64,000 nucleotides of DNA. Source: a virus. Lineage: Duplodnaviria; Caudoviricetes. Each line of letters begins with the position of its first letter. The stretch's first letter is position 1. A program made the position numbers and the translations under genes. Where the stretch lies: IMG/VR virus record IMGVR_UViG_3300033072_000249, positions 20,997 to 84,996 of that record; one strand, written 5' to 3'. The notes under the pieces are model-generated. The model was not told the DNA's origin, searched no databases, and saw only the letters and a program-made list of their open reading frames with translations. This document shows, in pieces, positions 25,624 through 35,325 of the stretch.

Positions 25624-28600
25624 AACTGACGGCGTGCATGAAGGTCGTCTCGAAGATGGGCGAGATGGACCAGGAGTCCTTGCTCGAGCGGCTAGACCGC
25701 TACACCGCCGACGGCGTTCCGAAGGACCGCGCGCAGGTGATGGCCGCCGCGGACACTCTGGCCGAGCTCCAGGATGAGCGCCGCGAGTTCATGCGCCTGC
25801 TGCGCGAGCAGCACCCGCAGCTGTTCGTGGTGACCAACGTCATCCCCGAGGACCAGGACGTCGACCCGGATGCGCCGGACATCCAGCGCAGCCCCGGCCG
25901 CAGCGAGGAAGAGATCGCGGTCGCCAGGGCTGATGGCTGGACCATTGCCGACAACGACCTGCCGTCACGAGAGGCAGCGGAGCGCATCGTCAAGCTGCGC
26001 ACCAAGGGCAACAGTGTCGTCAAGCCGATGCCCGCCTGGCAAGAGGCCGAGGTGCGTGTTGTCGAGAGCGACAACCCAGGCCTCTGGTCAATTGAGGTCC
26101 GCAATCCTGGCATCCAGCGCAGCCCCGCACGCGACATCACAGACACCCCTGAGTTCAAACGCTGGTTCGGTGACTCCAAGGTGGTTGACGAGAAGGGCGC
26201 ACCGCTCGAGGTCTATCACGCAACTGGCGCCAAGTTCAATGCGTTCGACCCGGGCAAGACGGGGTCTAACTACCCATCCTACGCAAAGCGTGGGTTCTTC
26301 TTCTACCGCTCCCAGCAAAGCGCGACCGAGCGCGCATACGAGTTCGGCAGCAACGCCAGGCTGAAGCGCGTCTATTTGAGCCTGCAGAACCCACTCGTCG
26401 TCACGGCTCGATCGAAGGGATCTGCCGAGGAGTGGTTTGACCGAAACAATCAGACCCTCTACTCGCGCGCCGAGAAGGCTGGCTCTGACGGCATCATCGT
26501 CAAGGTCAATCCTGACTCTAACGATTATGCGGCGGAGGAGATCTTCATCGCATTCGAGCCGACGCAGATCAAAAGCTCTCGCGGCAACAATGGTCAGTTC
26601 GACTCCAGCAACGCAGACATTACGCGCAGTCCGGCGCGCCAGACGGAGACGCCTGAGTTCAAAGAGTGGTTTGGCGACTCGGTGATGACCGAGGATGGTC
26701 GACCCGGCGGCGAGCCAATGACCCTCTACCACGGCGGCTTCAATTTCGCCGATGCTCCGACCGGCAAGGCCGTTCCCAAGACCGGCAATCGTGGCTCGCT
26801 CGGCGTCGGCTTTTACATGACGCCAGACCAATCAAGGGCCCAGGAGTATGCCGACGAAAACGATGGCGTTGTGACACAGGTCTACGTCCGCATGAATCGT
26901 CCGCTGGAGATTCGCATTGGTCGCGGGCAAGATCCCATGATTGAGGCCCTGGTTGAGCTTGGCATGCCGCGCGGCAAGGCCGAAACCAAAGTCGAGAGCG
27001 CCTACGAAAAATACGGCTACATCGGTAGCGAGGTGAAGAAGCTGGCCCTCGATGCTGGCTATGACGGCCTGATCGAGTACATCGATGGCCGCATGTCGGA
27101 GGTCGTTGCCTGGACTCCCACCCAGGTGAAGTCTGCCACCGACAACGATGGCCAGTTCAGTTGGAATCCTGACATCCGTCGAAGCTCGGCGCGCAGCCCA
27201 TCCGCGATCTTCGGCCGCGACATCGCGCCAGTCGCCATCAAGGCCTACAAGTCACTGTCTCCTCGCGCAAAAGGAATCATTGACGGCTGGAATGTGAACT
27301 GGTCCATGGGTCAAGGCAAGCTGCGCGACAGCGATGCGTTCGCCGAGGTCATGGCCGCCTACGAACCCGTGCGCGAGAAGCTGCGCCAGGTCTACGGCGA
27401 CACCATTCCGGCGTACCGCGGAGAGCAGCGCGATGGCAATGAGAGCGAAGGCGACCGCTTCCTGTTCTCCTGGACGCCAATGCGCGAGATCGCCACCAGC
27501 TTCGCTGTGAACCGGCGTGGCGGCATGCCTCCCGAGATCCCGCAGTCCAAGGTTGACGAGCAGATCGAGGCCTACCGCAAGACCGGCATCGCGCGCCTGA
27601 ATGGCTACAAGTTCGTGCGCCAAGACCCGAAGGACTGGGAGCCTGACGGCCCGGACTACTACCATATCTACTGGCGCGGCGAGATGCAGACCGACGGCGA
27701 CGACATCGCCCAGGCCCTGCAGTCCGAGAAGGCTGAGCGCGATGAGTACATTGCCACGTTGCGCGAGAAGGGTAAGCTGTACACCGCCAACATCCCGGTC
27801 GACTCGGTGGCCTTCATTCCGGTCGGCGTCAACCTGACCGAGCCTGAGTTCGTGGCCGAGTACAACCCGCGCAAGGATGAGGCTCAGGAGGTCAAGTTCA
27901 GCCCGGCGCGCAACGACATGGGCTTCTACAGCGCCCTGGCCAAGGGCGTTGAAGACATGCAGACCAAGGCGGCTCCGGCCGGCGCCTGGAAGACCCAGAT
28001 CAAGGGCCTGGTGAACAAGGGCCAGGTCAAGCAGGACGAGATCGAGTGGTCGGGCCTCGAGGACTTCCTCGACCTGCAACAGGGCAAGGTCACCAAGGAC
28101 CAGATCCTCAAATACCTGCGCGGCAACGGCGTCCAGGTGGAGGAGGTGACCCTTGGAGCAACAGGCCTCGACGACGTCGGCGAGATGTATGTCGACGAAG
28201 CCAACGACTATGGCGATGAATGGGCCGTCTTCACCGAGGAGGGCGGCATCATCGGCGGCACCTACTCGACACAGGAGGAGGCTGAGGACGCCATGGCGTC
28301 GATGTCACAGGATCTGCCATCGAAGTACAGTAAGTACACCCTGCCCGGCGGCGAGAACTACCGCGAGGTGTTGCTGACGCTGCCGGAGCTGCCTGTCAGT
28401 ACGGCCGGGTGGACTGCCAAGGAGAAAGAGGGCGACCTTGCAAGCGGCCCAATCTGGGAGGTGCGAGACGAAAACGGTAGGCGGGTTCTCGGGGTTCCGA
28501 AGGAGAATGTCCCGACTGCAGAGCAGGCCATCAAGCGCGCCGCATCGATGGAGCGCAGCAACCCCAAGAACTACAAGTCCAGTCACTGGGACCAGAAGAA

Positions 28601-31600
28601 CATCGTCGCCCACATCCGCGTCAAAGACCGCGCCGATGCCGATGGCAAGCGCGTGCTGTTCGTCGAAGAGATCCAGTCGGACTGGGGGCAGGAGGGGAAG
28701 AAGAATGGCGTCGTCAAGAGCTACAAGCCAGATGAGGTCCAGCCCATCAGTGCCGTCGAGGCTGGCAAGATGACCGCGGCGGACGAGGAGCTGTTCTGGC
28801 ACTTCAAGACTCCAGACAACGTCTTCTCGATCCCCAAGTCTAAGTACGCAGACCGCGAAGCGGCTCGCGACTACATCATCCGCGAGAAGAAGATCAACTC
28901 CGGCGGCGTGCCGGATGCTCCATTCATTGGCAAAACCGACGGCTGGCTCAACCTCGCCCTCAAGCGCGTCATCGCCATGGCGGTGGACGGCGGCTACGAC
29001 GCGGTGGCGTTCGTCAATGGCGACCAGTCTGCTGACCACTACGACCTGAGCAAGCGGGTTGCAAAAGTCACCTACAACATCAACAAGAACTCCATCTCGG
29101 CATACGCAGATGACAGGCCCGGAGCGCAGTCAATCTTCACCCGCGCCGCGTCGGAAGATGAGCTTCCTGACATCATCGGCAAAGAAGTGGCCGACCGCTT
29201 GATCAGTGCTGAGCCAAACCCGAATGGCTTGAAGATTCTTCGCGGACTCGACCTCAAAGTCGGCGGCGAAGGCATGAGGGCCTTCTACGACAAGATCGTC
29301 CCCAACGCCGTGAAGGCTCTGCTTAAGAAGACGGGTGGCGGGCAGTTGGAAATGGTGAGCATCCCGAACCCTGAAGGCACGGGCCGCACGATGGAGGTCA
29401 GCCGCAGCCCCATGTTTGGCGGCGGCCGAGAGACCATCGCCATTGCTGATGAGCCCCCACTGCAGCAGCCAGGCTTCACTATCACCGACGCCATGCGCGA
29501 GAAGGTCTCGACCGAAGGTCTGCCGCTGTTCAGCCGCAAGCGCGACGTCACCGAGACGCCTGAGTTCAAGGCCTGGTTTGGCGACAGCAAAGTGGTCGAT
29601 GATGAGGGTCGGCCCATGGTCGTCTACCACGGCACCGTGGTTCGCCAAGACACCGACCGCGTGAAGAGCATGGGCGACATCCGGGCTTTCGATAGGATGT
29701 TCACGACCCAGTTCCGCAAGCCATCTCTGGACACTGTTGGCAGCTGGTTCAGCACCAACCCTGGCGACGGCGGAGCTGAGATGTACTCCGGCCGAGGTCA
29801 AGGCAGCGTCATCTACCCAGCCTACCTTTCCATCCAGAACCCACAGGTCACAACTTTCCAGCTCATGCAGCGCCGCGCGCGCCTGCTGGCCAACGGAAAA
29901 GATGATGGCCGCCAGATCGGCGCCGAAGAGGTGGCCGCCTACCGAAAGTGGCTGCAGGACACTGGCAAGGATGGCGTCAAGATCGAGGGTAGCGGCAACG
30001 ACGACTCGACCGAGTTCGACAACCAGGTGGCCTGGATCGCACTCGAGCCGGAGCAGATCAAGAGCGCCACAGGCAACCGTGGCACCTTTGAACCCAACGA
30101 CGTGGACATCACCCGCTCGCCTGGCCGAACCGCCACCGGTGCAGCATGGGACTCGCCCAGCGTCGAGAAATTCGATGACCTGGTCTACAAGCTGCAGGAC
30201 AAGCTGGTCGACACGAAGCGGGTGGTCGAGGCCATCAAGACCGCCAGCGGCTCCATCGCAGACGACCTGAACGTCTACCTCCAGGAGGAGCTCTACCACG
30301 GCCGCGCCGCGAAGCGCACCGAGGACTTCGTGAACATGGAGCTCAACCCACTCATCGAGCAGATGGCCAGGGACGGCCTGAAGCTCGAGGATGTCGAGGA
30401 GTTCATGCACGCTCGCCACGCGCCAGAGGCTAACGCCGTCATCGCCCAGCGCAACCCGGGCGTGGCTGAGCTCCAGGACGGCGGCTCCGGTATGAAGACG
30501 GCGGACGCCCTGCAGTACATGGCAACCCTGCCGGCCGACCTGAAGCAGAAGCTCGAGGCCGCCACCATCAAGGTCGACGCCATCATCGCCAAGACCCGCG
30601 AGCTGTACGTTGACTACGAGCTCGAGTCGCGCGACACCGTGGATGCCTGGGGCCGCGTGTTCCAGCACTACATCCCCCTGATGCGCGAGGACAAGGACGG
30701 CAACGGAAGTCCCGGCCTGGGCCAGGGCTTCAGCGTCAAGGGCAAGGAAACCAAGGGCCGCACCGGCTCGACCCGCAAGGTCGTCGACATCATGGCGAAC
30801 ATCGCCATGCAGCGCGAGAGGGCCATCGTGCGCGGCGAGAAGAACCGCGTCAGCCAGGCGCTGGTGGGCCTGGCCACGGCCAACCCCAACGAGGGCTTCT
30901 GGCAGGTCGATGAGGTGCCCACCGAGCGCGTCTTCAACGAGAAGACTGGCTTGGTCGAGGACCGCGTGGACCCCCTGTACAAGAGTCGCGAGAACGCCGT
31001 CATCGCCAAGATCAAGGGTGCCGACGGCAAAGTGAAGGAGCACGCGGTCCTGTTCAACGAGGAAGACCCGCGCGCTCTGCGCATGGCCCAGGCCCTGAAG
31101 AATCTGGATGCCAACCAGATCGAGGGCCTGCTCGGTGTCAGCGCCAAGATCACACGCTACTTCGCCGCCATCAACACGCAGTACAACCCCGTGTTTGGCG
31201 CTGTCAACTTGGTGCGCGACGTGCAGGGTGCGCTGCTCAACCTGAGCTCCACCCCACTGGCTGGCGACCAGGCCAAGATCGGCCGCTACACCATGTCCGC
31301 CCTGCGCGGCATCTACGCCGATGCGCGCGCCGCACGCAAGGGCAACAACCCGACTTCGCAGTGGGCAGCGCTGTGGGATGAGTTCCAGGAGGCGGGCGGC
31401 CAGACTGGCTACCGCGACCTGTTCGCCACCAGCGCAGACCGTGCAGAGGCCATCAAGAGCACGCTGAACCCAGACGCCTGGGCTGACAGCCGCCTGGGTA
31501 AGATCTTCACCGCCAACGGCGCGCTGAAGGTGCCCATGGCCCAGGCCAAGCGCGGCGCCGGCTGGATCTTCCAGTGGCTGAGCGACTACAACTTGGCGAT

Positions 31601-32834
31601 GGAAAACGGTGTGCGCCTGGCGGCCTACAAGGCGGGCCTCGAGAAGGGCCTGTCGAAGGAGCAGGCAGCCAGCGCAGCCAAGAACATCACGGTCAACTTC
31701 AACCGCAAGGGCCAGGTCAGCCAGCAGGCTGGCGCGATGTACGCCTTCTTCAACGCCTCGCTGCAGGGCACGGCCCGCCTGGGCCAGACTCTGTTCGATA
31801 TGGAGCCTGGCAAACCCAAGACCATCCGCTTGAGCTCGACCGGAAAGAAGATCGTCTACGGCGGCATCATGCTGGGATCGATCCAGGCTCTGGCCCTGGC
31901 GGCTGCAGGCTTCAATGACGATGACCCGCCCGAGTTCGCCCGCGAGCGCGGCCTGATCATCCCGATTGGTGGCAAGAAGTACCTCACGATCCCGATGCCC
32001 CTGGGATTCCATGTGATCCCCAACATCGGCCGCATCGCCACCGAGTTCGCACTGAGCGGCTTCAAAGATCCGCACGAGCGCGCACTGTCGCTGGCCAGCC
32101 TGTTCGCCGACACGTTCAACCCGATCGGCAACTCGGGCCTGTCCATGCAGACCCTGGCGCCCACCGCGCTGGACCCGCTGGTGGCGCTGACCGAGAACCG
32201 TGACTGGACTGGAAAGCCGATCGCTCGCGAGTCAAGAAACCCGGCAATCCCCGGCCACGCCCTGGGCCGTGACACCGCTAGCTCCATCGCCAAGCTCCTG
32301 TCTGAAGGCATCAACACCCTGTCCGGCGGCAACAAGTACGTGGCCGGCGTGTTCAGCCCAACCCCGGACCAGATCGACTACCTGCTGGGCCAGGTCACCG
32401 GCGGCGTCGGCCGTGAACTGTCCAAGGTGGAACAGACCGTGCTGGCCACGGCGCGCGGCGAAGACCTGCCGACCTACAAGGTGCCGCTGGTTGGCCGCTT
32501 CGTTGGCGACGCGAAGAGTCAGGCCAGCGAGGGCGCCGCCTTCTATGCCAACACCGAGCGCCTGAACAAGCTCGAGACCGAGATCAAGGGCCTGGAGAAG
32601 GATGGCAAGCGCGCCGAAGCTGCCGAGCTGCGCCGCAACAGCAGCGAGGCCTACCTGATCACAGTGGCCAACCAGGCCGAGCGCCAGATCCAGCGCCTGC
32701 GCAGCGAGAAGCGTGAGCTGGTGAAGGCCGGCGCGCCGCGCGAGCAGGTGAAGGCTGTCGAGGAGCGCATCACCGCGGTGATGGCCCGCCTCAACCGCGC
32801 AGCCGAGGCGCTACGCGAGAAGCAGGAAGGCTGA
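25611..32834 (+). CDS. giant polyvalent protein 2 (2407 aa): three ART-PolyVal-like domains, one R-S-E ART-like domain, EEIQSDW domain, C-terminal LPD38-like region
   Basis: TPEFKxWFGDS..YH..G.Y/F..NP..DG..QIKS at 26133-26615, 26640-27170 and 29539-30104; YRGE/FSWT..A..FA/EPE at 27195-27887; FYSAL..EEIQSDW..FYD at 27912-29520; NFNRKG..FFNASLQG..ENRDWTG C-terminus. Confidence 0.85.
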   Translation: MGALKLTACMKVVSKMGEMDQESLLERLDRYTADGVPKDRAQVMAAADTLAELQDERREFMRLLREQHPQLFVVTNVIPEDQDVDPDAPDIQRSPGRSEEEIAVARADGWTIADNDLPSREAAERIVKLRTKGNSVVKPMPAWQEAEVRVVESDNPGLWSIEVRNPGIQRSPARDITDTPEFKRWFGDSKVVDEKGAPLEVYHATGAKFNAFDPGKTGSNYPSYAKRGFFFYRSQQSATERAYEFGSNARLKRVYLSLQNPLVVTARSKGSAEEWFDRNNQTLYSRAEKAGSDGIIVKVNPDSNDYAAEEIFIAFEPTQIKSSRGNNGQFDSSNADITRSPARQTETPEFKEWFGDSVMTEDGRPGGEPMTLYHGGFNFADAPTGKAVPKTGNRGSLGVGFYMTPDQSRAQEYADENDGVVTQVYVRMNRPLEIRIGRGQDPMIEALVELGMPRGKAETKVESAYEKYGYIGSEVKKLALDAGYDGLIEYIDGRMSEVVAWTPTQVKSATDNDGQFSWNPDIRRSSARSPSAIFGRDIAPVAIKAYKSLSPRAKGIIDGWNVNWSMGQGKLRDSDAFAEVMAAYEPVREKLRQVYGDTIPAYRGEQRDGNESEGDRFLFSWTPMREIATSFAVNRRGGMPPEIPQSKVDEQIEAYRKTGIARLNGYKFVRQDPKDWEPDGPDYYHIYWRGEMQTDGDDIAQALQSEKAERDEYIATLREKGKLYTANIPVDSVAFIPVGVNLTEPEFVAEYNPRKDEAQEVKFSPARNDMGFYSALAKGVEDMQTKAAPAGAWKTQIKGLVNKGQVKQDEIEWSGLEDFLDLQQGKVTKDQILKYLRGNGVQVEEVTLGATGLDDVGEMYVDEANDYGDEWAVFTEEGGIIGGTYSTQEEAEDAMASMSQDLPSKYSKYTLPGGENYREVLLTLPELPVSTAGWTAKEKEGDLASGPIWEVRDENGRRVLGVPKENVPTAEQAIKRAASMERSNPKNYKSSHWDQKNIVAHIRVKDRADADGKRVLFVEEIQSDWGQEGKKNGVVKSYKPDEVQPISAVEAGKMTAADEELFWHFKTPDNVFSIPKSKYADREAARDYIIREKKINSGGVPDAPFIGKTDGWLNLALKRVIAMAVDGGYDAVAFVNGDQSADHYDLSKRVAKVTYNINKNSISAYADDRPGAQSIFTRAASEDELPDIIGKEVADRLISAEPNPNGLKILRGLDLKVGGEGMRAFYDKIVPNAVKALLKKTGGGQLEMVSIPNPEGTGRTMEVSRSPMFGGGRETIAIADEPPLQQPGFTITDAMREKVSTEGLPLFSRKRDVTETPEFKAWFGDSKVVDDEGRPMVVYHGTVVRQDTDRVKSMGDIRAFDRMFTTQFRKPSLDTVGSWFSTNPGDGGAEMYSGRGQGSVIYPAYLSIQNPQVTTFQLMQRRARLLANGKDDGRQIGAEEVAAYRKWLQDTGKDGVKIEGSGNDDSTEFDNQVAWIALEPEQIKSATGNRGTFEPNDVDITRSPGRTATGAAWDSPSVEKFDDLVYKLQDKLVDTKRVVEAIKTASGSIADDLNVYLQEELYHGRAAKRTEDFVNMELNPLIEQMARDGLKLEDVEEFMHARHAPEANAVIAQRNPGVAELQDGGSGMKTADALQYMATLPADLKQKLEAATIKVDAIIAKTRELYVDYELESRDTVDAWGRVFQHYIPLMREDKDGNGSPGLGQGFSVKGKETKGRTGSTRKVVDIMANIAMQRERAIVRGEKNRVSQALVGLATANPNEGFWQVDEVPTERVFNEKTGLVEDRVDPLYKSRENAVIAKIKGADGKVKEHAVLFNEEDPRALRMAQALKNLDANQIEGLLGVSAKITRYFAAINTQYNPVFGAVNLVRDVQGALLNLSSTPLAGDQAKIGRYTMSALRGIYADARAARKGNNPTSQWAALWDEFQEAGGQTGYRDLFATSADRAEAIKSTLNPDAWADSRLGKIFTANGALKVPMAQAKRGAGWIFQWLSDYNLAMENGVRLAAYKAGLEKGLSKEQAASAAKNITVNFNRKGQVSQQAGAMYAFFNASLQGTARLGQTLFDMEPGKPKTIRLSSTGKKIVYGGIMLGSIQALALAAAGFNDDDPPEFARERGLIIPIGGKKYLTIPMPLGFHVIPNIGRIATEFALSGFKDPHERALSLASLFADTFNPIGNSGLSMQTLAPTALDPLVALTENRDWTGKPIARESRNPAIPGHALGRDTASSIAKLLSEGINTLSGGNKYVAGVFSPTPDQIDYLLGQVTGGVGRELSKVEQTVLATARGEDLPTYKVPLVGRFVGDAKSQASEGAAFYANTERLNKLETEIKGLEKDGKRAEAAELRRNSSEAYLITVANQAERQIQRLRSEKRELVKAGAPREQVKAVEERITAVMARLNRAAEALREKQEG

Positions 32835-32966
32835 GTAGAGCGTGGCCCCGATGGCCATCAGCGCCATCCCGGCCCACGCTCCTACCAGCAGTAGCTTCCA
32901 GAGGTCTTCGTGCATGTGGCCAATGGCCAGGCAGAAGGCGATAAAAAGAATGGCGACAAATAGCAT
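32811..32966 (-). CDS. small two-helix membrane protein
   Basis: ATG 32966; two hydrophobic stretches; overlaps the 3' end of giant gene 2 convergently. Confidence 0.45.
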   Translation of the reverse strand: MLFVAILFIAFCLAIGHMHEDLWKLLLVGAWAGMALMAIGATLYSAFLLLA

Positions 32967-32997
32967 CGCCGATTCTACAGACCTGCCAACGATTACG

Positions 32998-33018
32998 TGT
33001 GGCTGTTTGTGTGGCTGA
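32998..33018. repeat. tandem GTGTGGCTG 9-mers (att arm-like)
   Basis: GTGTGGCTG-TTT-GTGTGGCTG seen directly. Confidence 0.6.
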
Positions 33019-33035
33019 TTCGTCTCGCGACCACG

Positions 33036-33146
33036 GCCGCGCACCTGGCCCGAATTGGCTATGGCCTGCAGCGTGACGGGATGAACCCCGAGGAAGGCGG
33101 CCGCCTCCTCGAGGGACAGGGATGCAGCTGCAGGCGTGGCGATCAC
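33036..33146 (-). pseudogene. truncated excisionase (MerR-like/HTH_17) remnant
   Basis: LSLEEAAAFLGVHPVTLQAIANSGQVRG then abrupt loss of similarity; the expected K.G..W.F wing is absent. Confidence 0.6.
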
Positions 33147-33147
33147 G

Positions 33148-33384
33148 TCAGTTGCCGGCTTCTCGAATAGCGCTTGCCGGCAGCCACCGCCCATCCGACT
33201 TCTGCACCATGCAGCCGGCGCCCCACCGGTACTCAGCCTTCATGCCTGAGTCCTTCCACTTGTCCTCGCAGGCGTGTTCATCCACGGCTCTCACCATTGT
33301 TGTAGTGATGAAAACCACGCCGATTATTACGCCCAGGATGGTTGCGACCTCGATCCCGAGTCCGCCGCGCTGCCGCGTCATCAC
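33148..33384 (-). CDS. small membrane protein
   Basis: N-terminal TM; C..KW..SG....Y.W..GCMV. Confidence 0.65.
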   Translation of the reverse strand: MMTRQRGGLGIEVATILGVIIGVVFITTTMVRAVDEHACEDKWKDSGMKAEYRWGAGCMVQKSDGRWLPASAIREAGN

Positions 33385-34151
33385 AGCTTCGCCTTATGGA
33401 GTGGCGCGCCATGCATCCTGACGCACGCTCTGACGGCCTCGAACAGCGAGGCTGGGCCCGGGTTGGAGGTGTTGAAGATGATGGTCCCGTATGGCTCACC
33501 ATCGAGCTCGCCATGGCAGGCAGACATCTCGGCGCCAATCTTCTTGCAGCCTGCTGCGGCCACCATGGCCCCGACATCAATCTCGTTGACGCCACCGTCA
33601 TCGATGCCAGCCTCTTCTCGAGCCTTGAGGTGCTGCGTTGTGAATGCAAGGGAGGCATTCGCGGTGATGTCTCGCACGCGGAAGACGGAGACCATGAACT
33701 TCTCGCCATCGACCTCCACAATGTTCGACAGATAGTCTTCGTTCGTATCGGCCAGCTGCTCAGCCAGAGCAATCTCGTGCTCATCCGACTCATCATCCTT
33801 GGAGACACCCATCATCTCATCGAGTAGTTTCTGGATGCTGGTCTGAGCCTCATCGATCGCGTCGACCGCGGCTTGCTTGCGCTCATGGCTGTCCGGCCAC
33901 TTGCAGTAGCTACCCATCAGGTGGACATCACTGGGCTGCACCAGGGGAACACTGTTGATGGCAAATCGATTGCCAACGTGGTCGGTGACATCGAGGTTGA
34001 CCATCCGGTCGTTCCAGACGTAGACCACAGTCGCATCCATGGCCTGCGATGCTTTGATGACCTTGGGCTGCTCGCCTTGCAGGAACGTGGCATTTTCGTC
34101 GTGGAAATACCACACCTTGTTGCCGACCTCGGGGTTGATGATGTTGCTCAT
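33381..34151 (-). CDS. hypothetical two-domain protein
   Basis: ATG 34151 (MSNIINPEVG); acidic linker between two globular halves. Confidence 0.65.
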   Translation of the reverse strand: MSNIINPEVGNKVWYFHDENATFLQGEQPKVIKASQAMDATVVYVWNDRMVNLDVTDHVGNRFAINSVPLVQPSDVHLMGSYCKWPDSHERKQAAVDAIDEAQTSIQKLLDEMMGVSKDDESDEHEIALAEQLADTNEDYLSNIVEVDGEKFMVSVFRVRDITANASLAFTTQHLKAREEAGIDDGGVNEIDVGAMVAAAGCKKIGAEMSACHGELDGEPYGTIIFNTSNPGPASLFEAVRACVRMHGAPLHKAKL

Positions 34152-34167
34152 TGCTTGCTTTCGTGAA

Positions 34168-34395
34168 TCACCGGCTACCGGCCGGCGCGGGTTCTGTTGG
34201 CTTGCGAAACCAGGCCGCATCAATTTTTCCGCCGTTGATCTGCGTGGACATGTGAACCGGCGGATCAACGACGTAGACCACCTTGCTCTGAGAATACTTC
34301 GTTCGGAACCTGGCTGTGATGCGGTGCCTGGTCCACTGGCCGGCGTAAGGCGTTTCCACCTCATCGCCGACCTTGAAGTCCAGGCATTCGGGCAC
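34168..34395 (-). CDS. hypothetical protein
   Basis: FKVGDEVE SH3-like start; start codon uncertain. Confidence 0.5.
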   Translation of the reverse strand: MPECLDFKVGDEVETPYAGQWTRHRITARFRTKYSQSKVVYVVDPPVHMSTQINGGKIDAAWFRKPTEPAPAGSR

Positions 34396-34420
34396 CGTCT
34401 TGCGGTGCCAACCGCAACAG

Positions 34421-35323
34421 TCAGCTGCCCTCACCGCCCAGCTCCTTGAGCTCGCCGCCCAAGACCTCGATCAGGTTGGGCACCAACCGGCGCAACTCAC
34501 CGGTGGCGATGGTCACATCAGCATCGAAGCTAGACTTGTCTTCCTTGCTCACGCCATCGAACACGGTCTCGAGGTAGTCGACCTTCTTCAGCACCATGGA
34601 CTCGGTCAGCGTGAACACCACGCGGCCCTGCCAGTTCAGGGCCAGCTTCGTCGGCAGCTTGCCCTGCTTGATGTGGTCCTTGATCTCATCGATGTCCAGG
34701 CTGTGGCGGTTGTACTTCACCACCGCCCGGTCTTCACCGGTCGACTTGAGTTCGCACTCCTGCTCGATCTGGAACTCGTCCTGGGACTCTCCATCCAGCA
34801 GCCACGACGCCATGGCGCTCTGCGGCGTGGTGTTGGTGTTGAGCATGCGCGGCGCGAAGTTTGCGTCGGCCGCCACCAGGGCGGTGATCACCTCGTCTGC
34901 ACGGCCCTGGTTCGATGCATCCAGGTACAGCATTCCGCCATCGATGTCGATCCACACCTTGACAGATGCAAACTTCGAGAAGGCGTTCGGCAGCAGCTGC
35001 AGCTTTGCGTCCTCGCGGATGTCGCGCATCTCCTTCTTCCCGGGCTTGCGGCCGGTCTGCTGCTCGATGTTGGTAGCCATCTCGTCAGCCTTGCGGCGGA
35101 CCTCGTCAGTCGGCACGGCGCGCGTCTCGATGCGGTACTCCAGGATCGCCTGGCCACCCACGCTCTCGATGAGAAGTCCATGGCCCTCATGGCGCGGCGA
35201 CACGAAGCCGGACGACTTTTCCTGCGACTTGCCGGCCGGCACGAATGCGATCAGGCCTTGCTCGAGCGCCTCGATGTTGATGCCGTTGGCACCCAGGGAG
35301 TAGATGCGCAGATTTTTGAACAT
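34421..35323 (-). CDS. rdgC: recombination-associated protein RdgC
   Basis: MFKNLRIY...SGFVSP...LLPNAF...GKLPTKLALNW...SFDAD. Confidence 0.92.
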   Translation of the reverse strand: MFKNLRIYSLGANGINIEALEQGLIAFVPAGKSQEKSSGFVSPRHEGHGLLIESVGGQAILEYRIETRAVPTDEVRRKADEMATNIEQQTGRKPGKKEMRDIREDAKLQLLPNAFSKFASVKVWIDIDGGMLYLDASNQGRADEVITALVAADANFAPRMLNTNTTPQSAMASWLLDGESQDEFQIEQECELKSTGEDRAVVKYNRHSLDIDEIKDHIKQGKLPTKLALNWQGRVVFTLTESMVLKKVDYLETVFDGVSKEDKSSFDADVTIATGELRRLVPNLIEVLGGELKELGGEGS

Positions 35324-35325
35324 GT

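Noticed and set aside
32811-33194. 127-aa ORF as a genuine HTH-membrane fusion, or as a holin
   Set aside because: It reads through an xis fragment and repeat DNA; the TM part has its own ATG; there is no adjacent endolysin or spanin to support a holin call
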